From positions 92-64,091 of the forward strand of contig HF988734.1 in the NCBI GenBank assembly GCA_000431235.1: DNA of 64,000 nucleotides. The letters are read 5' to 3'. The position numbers and the translations under genes are program-made. The notes beneath the pieces are model-generated. The model was given only the letters and a program-made list of their open reading frames with translations. It did no database searches and was not told the origin of the DNA. Positions 31,291 through 40,747 of this stretch are shown piece by piece. Numbering within the stretch: position 1 is the first letter of the stretch; each line of letters begins with the position of its first letter. The stretch is from Coprobacillus sp. CAG:698 (GTDB taxonomy: Bacteria > Bacillota_I > Bacilli_A > ML615J-28 > CAG-698).

Positions 31291-31998
31291 ATGAAAAAAT
31301 TATTTTTAATAGTATTGTTACTAGTTTTGAGTATAGGACTTTTTGGATGTGAAATTAACAAAGAATACAGAGATGAAAATTTTAAATATAGATATCAAAC
31401 TTATATGAATCAAAACATTATACATCTAACAGGATTAACAGATGAAGGTAAGCAAAAGAAATATTTATATGTGCCTGGAAGATTTAAAGGCTGGAAAGTT
31501 GAAATAAGCTCGACATCAATATTAACAGATTTAGTCACATTGCAAAGTGATGTGCTTGAAAAGTTATATGTTTCAGTAGAAATTAGTACTTTGGGGTATT
31601 TAATTATAGGAGGAGATGCTAAAGTATTTGTCATATCAAATAAAATAGACTTTTATTCAAGATGTATTTGTAATTATGTAACATCAAAAAGATATTATGA
31701 GATAAATAATGATAAAAATTATTCATCAATTAATCTAGCCCCAGCCAATGTAAGTTATATATATAACTATGAAGATGCTCCTAATGATGGATATTATTTT
31801 ATTGATGATTGTAATAATGAATTAATTGAATTTGTACCTGATGACCCTGAAAGAGAAGGATACACTTTTAAAGGATGGTACAAAGAAGCAGAGTGCACAA
31901 GCAAATGGGATTTTGAAATTGACATTGTTCCTGAAAAAGATGATGAGGAATTTATAGAAACTAAATTATATGCTAAGTGGGATAAAATAAACAAATAA
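31291..31998 (+). CDS. Lipoprotein with a C-terminal Listeria-Bacteroides (Flg_new) repeat.
   Basis: Lipobox LFGC. YTFKGWYKEAECTSKWDFEIDIV...KLYAKWDKI. Confidence 0.6.
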   Translation: MKKLFLIVLLLVLSIGLFGCEINKEYRDENFKYRYQTYMNQNIIHLTGLTDEGKQKKYLYVPGRFKGWKVEISSTSILTDLVTLQSDVLEKLYVSVEISTLGYLIIGGDAKVFVISNKIDFYSRCICNYVTSKRYYEINNDKNYSSINLAPANVSYIYNYEDAPNDGYYFIDDCNNELIEFVPDDPEREGYTFKGWYKEAECTSKWDFEIDIVPEKDDEEFIETKLYAKWDKINK

Positions 31999-32009
31999 AG
32001 GAGTAAAAA

Positions 32010-35000
32010 ATGAAAAATACAAATAGAATAGCAAAAATATTCTTTTTTTCAATAATTATATTACTGATTATTACGTGCTTTGGACTTGTAAACATTAATG
32101 TTTATGCATCAATATCACCTGATGACATCTATACAGGGTATTCGTCAACACTTGATCGTAATACATTGAAAGAAAAAACTACTACGACAAATTTTACAAC
32201 TGTTGATTATGAGAACAATAATTTCGTATATAGCAGAACAACTGAAATGGTCGATGATTCAGAACCACTATTAACAGTTCTTGTACCTGGATATGGAAGT
32301 GAAGCGAGTGTTTGGAGTAATAGTTTTGAATATTTTCCTAAAACAGATTTTGTAAAATCTGAAGGTGAAGATGAGGATAAAAAACAAGAAAGAAAAAGAA
32401 AAATGGTATTTGCTTACGACTCTGATTCAATAATTGAGAGATTAAGACATGTATCAAATGCAAATGTTTATTGGGCAAAAATGAATTCTCATGATTCATT
32501 TGTTTTATATCAATTGCCTGATTTATCTGAACAAGAAAAATATGTTTCAGATATATTTCAAGTGAATAGGACAATTACGTATGAAGAATTAAATTTAATT
32601 TCATATAAAGAAAATGCAACAATAGTAAGACAAATTAGTGATATATCAAAACATTCAATAATTGTATTTGAATCTTTTAAACCAGAAAATAGTAATGATT
32701 TCGTTTATGAAGAACTAGATTACGTGATAGATAAGATTGTATATGATATTAAAGTTTTAAATGAAAATAAATTACCAAAAGTCAACTTAATTTCTCATAG
32801 TAGAGGTGGATTAACAGTAATGCAGTATACTTTAGATCACCCAGATTTAGTTGAAAATGTGTACACAATAGGTTCACCTTTTTTAGGATCAAAACTAGGC
32901 TCATCAGATTTGATTATAAGTTTTATATATGAAGAAAAAGATGAAGGTATAAATGATATTTTAGATTATAATTTGTATATGGCATATCAAAATAGATGGA
33001 ATAGTAACTACGAAATATTATATAATAATATAAACTTTAATGCAATTGGTGGTTATTCTTCAATAGATTTTATTGCTGAAATGCTTTTATATAATATTTT
33101 TAATGTACCTCAATGGGTGGGAATTATTACTTCTTTAATTAATAAAATAAAAATATTAGAAAATAGCATTATAGGATTAACAGCATTAATTGGTAAACTT
33201 GGTGATAAGTATGAATGGGGAGCTGCAATTAATAAATTTACAGATTCACTCAAAATAGAACATTTTAAAGATTTTTTTACAGGAAGACTTGTTATCGAAG
33301 ATGATTTATTTATAGATCTTGAGTCACAATTAGGTACAGGTTATTTAGGCTTTAAGGAATTCAAAAGGTGTTTTGAAATTGACAACTGTAATTTAAATAA
33401 AGTGGCACAGCCAAACACAGCAATAGTGCATAATTTAGAGTCTAGAGATGAAATAATAATTAATCATATAATGCAAGATATTACAATGATTGGAAAAAAT
33501 CCATCGGATTATGAAATATATTTGATTGATGAATCTTCAGTTGGAATAAAATCATATATAGGCAAATCATTAATTAATATGTTAGTAATACCTTCTGTTA
33601 TTGATAATAAAACTGTTGTTGAAATTGGTGAGTATGCTTTTTCAAATTTAAAATCTTCTCAATTAGTAGATACAATTTATATACCTACATCTATTGAAAC
33701 TATAAAAAAAGGTAGTTTCTATGATTGTGTGAACTTAGAAAATGTTTATTTTTCAAATACATCTAATGTTAGGAATATTGGAGAATCTGCATTTAGAAAT
33801 TGTATTAATTTAGCGAGTATTAGTATACCTAATTCAGTATTGTCAATAGGTGATAGATGTTATTATCTATGTAAAGATTTAACAACACTTGATATTGGAA
33901 GCGGCTTAACAAATATAGGAGATGCAGCTTTTGCATATTGTAATTTAAGCGTAGTAACAATAAATGAAAATACGAATTTTTCGTTTAGTAATAATACATT
34001 ATATGATGTAATTAACAACGCAATAATTAGTTGCAATTCTTCAAATGAAAATTTTGTTGTTCCAGATAATATAACTAAGATAAAAGATTATGCTTTTTAT
34101 GGAAATGAAAACATTTCATCTATTTCTTTAAATAATGTAACTGAAATAGGTGCTTATGCATTTGGAAAATGTACAAGTTTAGAGAATTTTGTTAATGCAG
34201 GCAATGTTAACAGGGCAAAGAGAAATTCATTTTATAACACTCCATGGTTAGATAATAGTAATATTAGACTAATTGGTAAAACACTTGTAAAATATGATGA
34301 TGAAAATAACAATGTTTATGTAGTTCCATCAAATATTAGCACAATAGGAGACGATGCATTCAATTCCTTTGAATTAGAAAAAATAATATTAAATGAAAGT
34401 ATAGAGTATATTGGTGAAAATGGCCTAGCAGCTTGTGTAAATTTAAATGATATATATTTTTTAAGAACTATACCATGCGTAATATTTAATAATAGTATTA
34501 TAAATAAGTCTACTATGAATATATATGTTCCTCAAATAGGACTTGATAGATATCGCAGTGATACAAAATTTTCAAAATATTATAATAGTATTAAAACAAA
34601 AAGTGTTATGTTGAAATTATATGATGGTCAAGTTATAATTGATAGTAAAACAGTTTTATTTGGCTCAATAATAAATAATATAAGACAACAAAATAAAACA
34701 GGTTATAGTTTTTCTGGCTGGAAAAATGAAAATACTAATGAAATATACAATACAGGATCATATTTAAATATATATGATGACCAAATAAATCTATATGCAC
34801 ATTATATACCTAATGAGTATATAATATATTTAAATAACGAAGGTATTTTTTTAAATGATGAATTAATACGTTATGGTGCAGTAGCAAGTTTGCCAGTACC
34901 ATATAAAAATGGATATGATTTCATTGGTTGGTTTGATGGGCCATCAGATAGTTATAATAGAATAACAACTAATGATGGTTTATTAATTAATAATTGGAGT

Positions 35001-36257
35001 TATGACCATGATAGCGTGTTGTATGCAGTTTATACACCTAAGGAATATAATATTACTTATGTTTTAAATAATGGTATATCACCAAATAATCCTTTAAAAT
35101 ATAGCTATGGCGATACTATTATTCTAAATGAGCCTAAAAGATACGGATATCATTTTAGTGGATGGAAAATAAATGATGTAATGACAAATGTAATTACACC
35201 GACAATGCAAGGTGATTTAGTGATTGAAGCTATTTGGATTGGTAGGACTATTAATTTGAATGGTATGGTTTCAGTTCATAATGTATCAAGTACAGCAGAA
35301 ATTATTAATCTATCTAATCTAACAACACCGAGCACAGGAATAGTCTTTAATATTCCAAGTAATGTTCTTCAGGTTACATTTATTGGAAGCACATCGAAAA
35401 GATATAGAGCTAGAATTAATATTGCTAATAGATCAACAAGTCTTTTGATTAATTTAGAAAACGTAGATTTTATTTCTCCTAATGGATATCATTGTATTGA
35501 TGCTGGTAAAGGAAATTATTCATTGCATCTTAACTGTGTTGGTACGAATTCATTAATAGGAGGAAGTGGTTTGTATGATGGTAATGATAATGGATTATCA
35601 GGATATTATGGTATATTAGCATATAGATTATTTATTTATGGTGATTCACTAAGTGTCACGGGTGGTAATGGAAGTAATGGATTAAATGGAACAAATGGTG
35701 AAAGAGGAATGGATGGAGTAAATGGTCCTAGCGGTGGCGCTTTTGATCCAATTCAAGGTGATTCTGGAACAGATGGGACAGATGGATCAAATGGAACAAA
35801 TGGCGGTCATGGTGGATTTGCTATTTACACAATTTCTAGATATTATAATAGTTGTAATCAATTAACTTTGACTGGTGGAAGAGGAGGCAATGGTGGAGCC
35901 GGTGGTAATGGTGGAGCTGGTGGTAATGGTGCTTCTGATGATTCATCTAGTATTTTTACTGGTGTTGGTGATCCTGGAAATGGAGGAAATGGAGGCAATG
36001 GTGGAAACGGCGGAAATGCTGGGTCTGGACAATATGCTAATAATAATGATTTGAATGGAAATAGATCACAAAATGGAACTCCCGGAAGAGGAGGAACAGG
36101 TGGAGCTGGTGGCACAGGGGGATTGGCAGGCTCTTATGGAAATGATGGAAACGATGGATCATTTGGATTATCAGGATTAAATGGAACAATCATTTCACAA
36201 TATTATATAAAATTAAATTGTCTTTCTGATACTTCTAAGAATAGTTTTATCACCTAG
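32010..36257 (+). CDS. 1415-aa mosaic surface protein. It has a signal/TM anchor, a lipase/esterase-like alpha/beta-hydrolase domain, BspA-type leucine-rich repeats, three Listeria-Bacteroides repeats and a C-terminal collagen-like Gly-X-Y / glycine-rich region.
   Basis: SHSRGG nucleophile-elbow-like motif. LRR units (…IGEYAFSNLKSS…IGESAFRNCINLASISIPNSV…IGDAAFAYCNLS…). Flg_new repeats YSFSGWKNEN, YDFIGWFDG and YHFSGWKIND. GXY runs such as GSNGLNGTNGERGMDGVNGPSGG and GGRGGNGGAGGNGGAGGNG. Confidence 0.7.
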   Translation: MKNTNRIAKIFFFSIIILLIITCFGLVNINVYASISPDDIYTGYSSTLDRNTLKEKTTTTNFTTVDYENNNFVYSRTTEMVDDSEPLLTVLVPGYGSEASVWSNSFEYFPKTDFVKSEGEDEDKKQERKRKMVFAYDSDSIIERLRHVSNANVYWAKMNSHDSFVLYQLPDLSEQEKYVSDIFQVNRTITYEELNLISYKENATIVRQISDISKHSIIVFESFKPENSNDFVYEELDYVIDKIVYDIKVLNENKLPKVNLISHSRGGLTVMQYTLDHPDLVENVYTIGSPFLGSKLGSSDLIISFIYEEKDEGINDILDYNLYMAYQNRWNSNYEILYNNINFNAIGGYSSIDFIAEMLLYNIFNVPQWVGIITSLINKIKILENSIIGLTALIGKLGDKYEWGAAINKFTDSLKIEHFKDFFTGRLVIEDDLFIDLESQLGTGYLGFKEFKRCFEIDNCNLNKVAQPNTAIVHNLESRDEIIINHIMQDITMIGKNPSDYEIYLIDESSVGIKSYIGKSLINMLVIPSVIDNKTVVEIGEYAFSNLKSSQLVDTIYIPTSIETIKKGSFYDCVNLENVYFSNTSNVRNIGESAFRNCINLASISIPNSVLSIGDRCYYLCKDLTTLDIGSGLTNIGDAAFAYCNLSVVTINENTNFSFSNNTLYDVINNAIISCNSSNENFVVPDNITKIKDYAFYGNENISSISLNNVTEIGAYAFGKCTSLENFVNAGNVNRAKRNSFYNTPWLDNSNIRLIGKTLVKYDDENNNVYVVPSNISTIGDDAFNSFELEKIILNESIEYIGENGLAACVNLNDIYFLRTIPCVIFNNSIINKSTMNIYVPQIGLDRYRSDTKFSKYYNSIKTKSVMLKLYDGQVIIDSKTVLFGSIINNIRQQNKTGYSFSGWKNENTNEIYNTGSYLNIYDDQINLYAHYIPNEYIIYLNNEGIFLNDELIRYGAVASLPVPYKNGYDFIGWFDGPSDSYNRITTNDGLLINNWSYDHDSVLYAVYTPKEYNITYVLNNGISPNNPLKYSYGDTIILNEPKRYGYHFSGWKINDVMTNVITPTMQGDLVIEAIWIGRTINLNGMVSVHNVSSTAEIINLSNLTTPSTGIVFNIPSNVLQVTFIGSTSKRYRARINIANRSTSLLINLENVDFISPNGYHCIDAGKGNYSLHLNCVGTNSLIGGSGLYDGNDNGLSGYYGILAYRLFIYGDSLSVTGGNGSNGLNGTNGERGMDGVNGPSGGAFDPIQGDSGTDGTDGSNGTNGGHGGFAIYTISRYYNSCNQLTLTGGRGGNGGAGGNGGAGGNGASDDSSSIFTGVGDPGNGGNGGNGGNGGNAGSGQYANNNDLNGNRSQNGTPGRGGTGGAGGTGGLAGSYGNDGNDGSFGLSGLNGTIISQYYIKLNCLSDTSKNSFIT
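35650..36180 (+). repeat. Low-complexity GGN/GGT codon repeat region encoding collagen-like GXY triplets.
   Basis: Runs of ggtggaNNN codons. The reverse-strand Pro-rich ORF 35858-36115 is its mirror image. Confidence 0.8.
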
Positions 36258-36297
36258 TGGAGAATCTTTCATTGAATTAACTATTCAATGTCAAGGA

Positions 36298-37851
36298 ATG
36301 TATTTTATAGAAACAAATTCTGTTTATGGAACTAATATGTATTTGCTTGATTATAATAAAAATCTAGTTAGCAATGTTAACGGATTTAGGATTAATAATG
36401 ATTTAGATATGTTTATTTTTCCTACACTTTCATCTGGAATTTATTATCTAAAAATCACAAATAATGATAATATAATATCAAATGTTGATGTGTCGTTTGA
36501 ATATCGAAATAATACATCAGAATGTTTAAATGTTAATCAACAAATTGAAATAGTAGATTGTATTCATAATAGTCAGAAAAAATATCTTTTATCGTTGGCA
36601 ACATCTGGGTTATATAAAATTGAACTAAACGCAATATCAGATTTTGATATTACATTTGGAACTGGAACAATAGAAATTTATTATAAAGATAGTCTTATGA
36701 AAAAAGTAAATATAAGCAACTTTTCTAATTACACACAAAGCATTCAAAATGCAAATAGTATTGTTTTCTTTGTAGAACAAAATAAAATATATTATGTTGT
36801 TATTAACTTTTCGCAGATTTATGTTGACCAATTGTATTTAAATTTAGAACCAGTAGAACAAATTGCATTTGGAGCTTACGATGACTATAATAGTGAAGAA
36901 GCTTTGATTTATGGGGATGCAGTTAAAAGATGGGTTGTTAAAGGAACTTCTCAATATAAAATTTCACTTGATTATTATGGAAATAGCATTTCTAACCATG
37001 AGTTTTATATTTTAAAACAAAATGGTAATAATATTATGTATATGGATTCTACAAGTTTCAGTGGATATGTTCATATGAAACATAGAGAAATGATAGTAAA
37101 TTTAAGTAATGATGATGTAATTTATTTAGGATATTTTGATGGTGTTTCAGATGGAACAATTAAAATAACGATTGAAAGAAATATAGCTCAATCCTTTGAT
37201 ATATTAGTTGATCCAAATAGTGGTTATACTGTTGGTTCAGAAGTAAATTTAGGCTTTGGTCCATATGGCGAAACTATAATTCATCAAGGCTTAACTAGAA
37301 TATGTTATTTAGGCCCAGACGCACCAGACTCACGATCTAGATTAAATTATGAGTGGATTTCTGCAGATGAAGGAATTGCTAAAGTTAGTGCCTATGGTAC
37401 TATTACTGCTATATCTCCAAGAAGAACAAAAATAATGCCGATATATAAATTAGATAAAACAATTGTTGGAACAATTTATATTGATGTAATTGGTTATCCT
37501 GGTGAGGGAATAATTTATTTAAATTATGGAATGGACGTAAGAGTAGATGGAACAATATCTGGAACAGAAGTAACAAGCGGAAGTGGCAGCATAATAGAAG
37601 TTTCATCTAGTCCATATGTGACTATTCATTTAGGTAATACAAGATTGATATGTTTAGGTAGTGATAGTCCTAGTTTGAGCATTCAAGATTTTGAATGGAG
37701 TTCGGGTGATACTAGCATAGCAACTGTATCAAGTTTTGGAACAATAAATGCACTTGAAGTTGGTAGCGTAGTTATTTATGGAAAGTATAAATATAATCAA
37801 AACTATAGAGTAAGGATTGATATAGAAGTATTACCATTAACTGATTATTAA
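36298..37851 (+). CDS. 517-aa secreted or surface protein with two C-terminal Big_2 Ig-like domains. Likely co-transcribed with the upstream mosaic gene.
   Basis: Big_2 motifs ADEGIAKVSAYGTITAISP and GDTSIATVSSFGTINALEVGSVVIYG. Start context CAAGGAATG. Confidence 0.55.
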   Translation: MYFIETNSVYGTNMYLLDYNKNLVSNVNGFRINNDLDMFIFPTLSSGIYYLKITNNDNIISNVDVSFEYRNNTSECLNVNQQIEIVDCIHNSQKKYLLSLATSGLYKIELNAISDFDITFGTGTIEIYYKDSLMKKVNISNFSNYTQSIQNANSIVFFVEQNKIYYVVINFSQIYVDQLYLNLEPVEQIAFGAYDDYNSEEALIYGDAVKRWVVKGTSQYKISLDYYGNSISNHEFYILKQNGNNIMYMDSTSFSGYVHMKHREMIVNLSNDDVIYLGYFDGVSDGTIKITIERNIAQSFDILVDPNSGYTVGSEVNLGFGPYGETIIHQGLTRICYLGPDAPDSRSRLNYEWISADEGIAKVSAYGTITAISPRRTKIMPIYKLDKTIVGTIYIDVIGYPGEGIIYLNYGMDVRVDGTISGTEVTSGSGSIIEVSSSPYVTIHLGNTRLICLGSDSPSLSIQDFEWSSGDTSIATVSSFGTINALEVGSVVIYGKYKYNQNYRVRIDIEVLPLTDY

Positions 37852-37920
37852 AAAATGCTATAAAGATTATACACTTAGTGATTTATTAAGTGAAGTTATA
37901 ATTAATTATATTTTAAATAA

Positions 37921-37962
37921 AAAGTTGTTACATAGCTTTCTAGTTAAGTAACAACTTTTTTC
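37921..37962. terminator. Bidirectional terminator.
   Basis: AAAA-GTTGTTAC...GTAACAAC-TTTTTT. Confidence 0.6.
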
Positions 37963-38036
37963 ATTCTATATATAATACTAATTATGTTTTTAATACTTTC
38001 ATTAAATAATTTATTACAAAATAAAAAGAAAACCCT

Positions 38037-38071
38037 CAAATAGTGAGGGTTAGGATGTTAACAAAGTCCAA
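38037..38071 (-). terminator. asnA terminator on the minus strand.
   Basis: AACCCTCA-aatag-TGAGGGTT, with a T-run on the minus strand. Confidence 0.6.
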
Positions 38072-38077
38072 AATATT

Positions 38078-39067
38078 TTATAATAAATGTATATTTTGTT
38101 TAGCTAAACTTTCAATGTCTTCTTCACTCCATACAGAAGATTGTACTTCACCAATATGAGCCTTTTTTAAGAAAAACATACATAGACGAGATTGTCCGAT
38201 CCCTCCACCAATAGTATAAGGAAGTTCTTTTTTCAATATGCTTTGGCAGTATGGATTGCTAAGCTTGTATATTTCGTTTTTTGCTTCTAATTGTTTTACC
38301 AAGCTATCTTCATCTACTCTAATACCCATTGAAGATATTTCATATGCACGATCAATAACTTCATTGTAAAGAATAATATCACCATTTAAATTCCAGTCAT
38401 CATAATCAGCAGCTCTTCCATCATGAGATGAACCATCACTTAAAGGCCAACCTATTTGATAAAGGAAGACAGCTTTATATTCTTTTGCAATCGCGTTTTC
38501 TCGTTCTTTACGTGAATAAGTAGGATATCTTTTTTCTAATTCTTTTGTAGAGATAAAGGTAATATCTTTTGGTAAGTCAAAAGTTAATTCAGGATATTTT
38601 TTAGTAACTAAATCAGCAGTTTTAAGAATAACAGCATATATTTTACTAACTATCTTTTTAAGATAACTATAAGTTCTTTCGTTCTTAGAAATAATTTTCT
38701 CCCAGTCCCATTGATCAACATAGGCAGAATGAAGTAAATCAAGATCTTCATCACGACGGATGGCATTCATGTCAGTATATAATCCTTTACTATGCTCAAA
38801 ATTATATTTTTTAAGAGCCATACGCTTCCACTTTGCTAAGGATTGGACGATTTCAACGTCTTTACCAATTGCTTTAATATCAAATCTAACTGCACGTTCG
38901 TAGCCGTTAAGATTGTCATTAAGTCCAGTCTCCGGAATAACAAATAATGGAGCAGATACACGTGTAAGCTCTAATTTTTTTCCTAGAAGCTTTTCAAAAT
39001 TGTCTTTTACAAACTTAATAGCAACTTCAGTTTCTAGTAGATTTAAGATTGGTTTATAATCTTTCAT
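38078..39067 (-). CDS. asnA: Aspartate--ammonia ligase (asparagine synthetase A).
   Basis: Full-length AsnA signature (class II aaRS-like fold): …LELTRVSAPLFV…GIRVDEDSL…. Confidence 0.9.
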   Translation of the reverse strand: MKDYKPILNLLETEVAIKFVKDNFEKLLGKKLELTRVSAPLFVIPETGLNDNLNGYERAVRFDIKAIGKDVEIVQSLAKWKRMALKKYNFEHSKGLYTDMNAIRRDEDLDLLHSAYVDQWDWEKIISKNERTYSYLKKIVSKIYAVILKTADLVTKKYPELTFDLPKDITFISTKELEKRYPTYSRKERENAIAKEYKAVFLYQIGWPLSDGSSHDGRAADYDDWNLNGDIILYNEVIDRAYEISSMGIRVDEDSLVKQLEAKNEIYKLSNPYCQSILKKELPYTIGGGIGQSRLCMFFLKKAHIGEVQSSVWSEEDIESLAKQNIHLL

Positions 39068-39349
39068 TTTAACACCTCCGTTTTGTGTAAATTATAACAC
39101 TATCTTTTTGAAAACTACAAGAAGAAAATGCTTACATTTGCATTTTTTAACACTTTTTATAGGTTTAAAGTAATTCTTCAAATAATTATATTAAAGTAAA
39201 TAGGAAAAAATACATAAATGTATAATTACAAAAATGTACATACATAAAGATAAATTTATATAAATAATTTGTTAATGACAATTTTTAAAGCATATAGAAA
39301 TAAAAGTAAGAGATGTTAAGGCAACTATTACTGATTCAGGCAGATTCAA

Positions 39350-39714
39350 ATGCAATTAGATAAAATCTATTTGACGCAATATTACGACATAGATTTATTA
39401 AGAAAAGCGGGATATAACAAATTTAAGATAACGGGAACATTAGATGTGAAGAAAATCGATGCTGGATATCGGCATATATTTTTCTTTAGTATAGATGAAA
39501 CAAATGATAAGTATTGTTTAAATGGTGCCGATGGCCATCAATTTGAAATAGATTCAGATAAAAAATAACTAGTTATGTAAAATATTCTTTTACAGAAACA
39601 ATTTCTAATAGAGAATTAAAAGAATATTTATATATAAGATATGAAGCGTCAGGTAAATTTGAAGATACATGGGTAAATAAAAATGTCCTTGTAAATATCA
39701 CTCCTATAAAATAG
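39350..39714 (+). CDS. Small hypothetical gene split by a +1 frameshift at an A6 run (39556-39561).
   Basis: ORF 39350-39568 ends ...EIDSDKK*. A protein-like frame continues for 49 more codons (ITSYVKYSFTETISNRELKEYLYIRYEASGKFEDTWVNKNVLVNITPIK*) with no start codon. One extra A would join the two parts. Confidence 0.45.
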
Positions 39715-39796
39715 TATTAATATAATAAAATCTTTTATAAATCAATAGACAAAAGAAGTCAGTAATGATATAATAAGGGCATAACGAGGTATAAAG

Positions 39797-40666
39797 ATGA
39801 AGATAGTAAAAAATAATAATGTTTCAATAAAAATAAATGAGTTAGGAGCAGAACTTAAGTCATTTAATGTTTTTGGAAAAGAATACATATGGTATTCTGA
39901 CCCTAAGTTTTGGGGTAGATCAGCACCATTTCTATTTCCAATTGTTGGTTCAATAAAAGATAAAAAAACAATAATTAATGGAAAAGAATACTTTCTATCG
40001 CAACATGGATTCTTACGTGATCAAGAATTTATTGTAAAAAATGAAAATAGTAATTATATTGAATTTGAGAACACTTATTCAGAAGAAACACTAAAGCTAT
40101 ATCCATTTAAGTATAAAGCTAATGTTAGATATGATATTAATGATGATTCTGTAAAAACAAGTATTACCATAACAAATTTAGGTGAAGACATAATGCCTTT
40201 TAATATAGGTGGTCATCCTGCTTTTAATTGCCCATTAGAAAAAGATGAAAAGTTTTCAGATTATAGGATTATTTTCTCTAAAGAAGAATCATTTGCTTCT
40301 CCCAAAGTATGTGCAGGGGGATTATTAGACTTTAGTACTAAAGTATATGAGCAAAAGAATATAAAAGAATTACAACTAAATAAAGAAATATTTACTATTG
40401 ATACAATACTAATAACAAATGTAAAATCAAAAGAAGTAAAACTTGTGAATAAAAATAATAAAGGAATTCAATTCATATATGATGATTTTTCAACGCTTGC
40501 GATTTGGACTCCATATAATGAAGCACCATTTATTTGTCTTGAACCATGGATTGGATATAATGACAAGGTAGACACTAATGGTCAATACCTAACAAAAGAT
40601 AATCTAGTAAAACTAAAGAAGGGTGAATCGTTCACAGCAAGTTATACAATAAGGGCACTTAACTAG
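39797..40666 (+). CDS. Aldose 1-epimerase family protein (LacX / galactose-mutarotase-like).
   Basis: …IWYSDPKFWGRSAPFLFPIVG… and a C-terminal LEPW motif. Confidence 0.75.
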   Translation: MKIVKNNNVSIKINELGAELKSFNVFGKEYIWYSDPKFWGRSAPFLFPIVGSIKDKKTIINGKEYFLSQHGFLRDQEFIVKNENSNYIEFENTYSEETLKLYPFKYKANVRYDINDDSVKTSITITNLGEDIMPFNIGGHPAFNCPLEKDEKFSDYRIIFSKEESFASPKVCAGGLLDFSTKVYEQKNIKELQLNKEIFTIDTILITNVKSKEVKLVNKNNKGIQFIYDDFSTLAIWTPYNEAPFICLEPWIGYNDKVDTNGQYLTKDNLVKLKKGESFTASYTIRALN

Positions 40667-40747
40667 GTGTCCTTTTCAACTTGTAGATTTTAAACATTAA
40701 AAAGTACGTATGGAGTATAATGTATACGTAAAAAGGAGGAAGTGTAT

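Noticed and set aside
35858-36115. 85-aa Pro-rich minus-strand ORF (PPAPPVPPLP...).
   Set aside because: It is the reverse complement of the GGN/GXY collagen-like codon repeat in the + strand gene, so it is a low-complexity mirror artefact.
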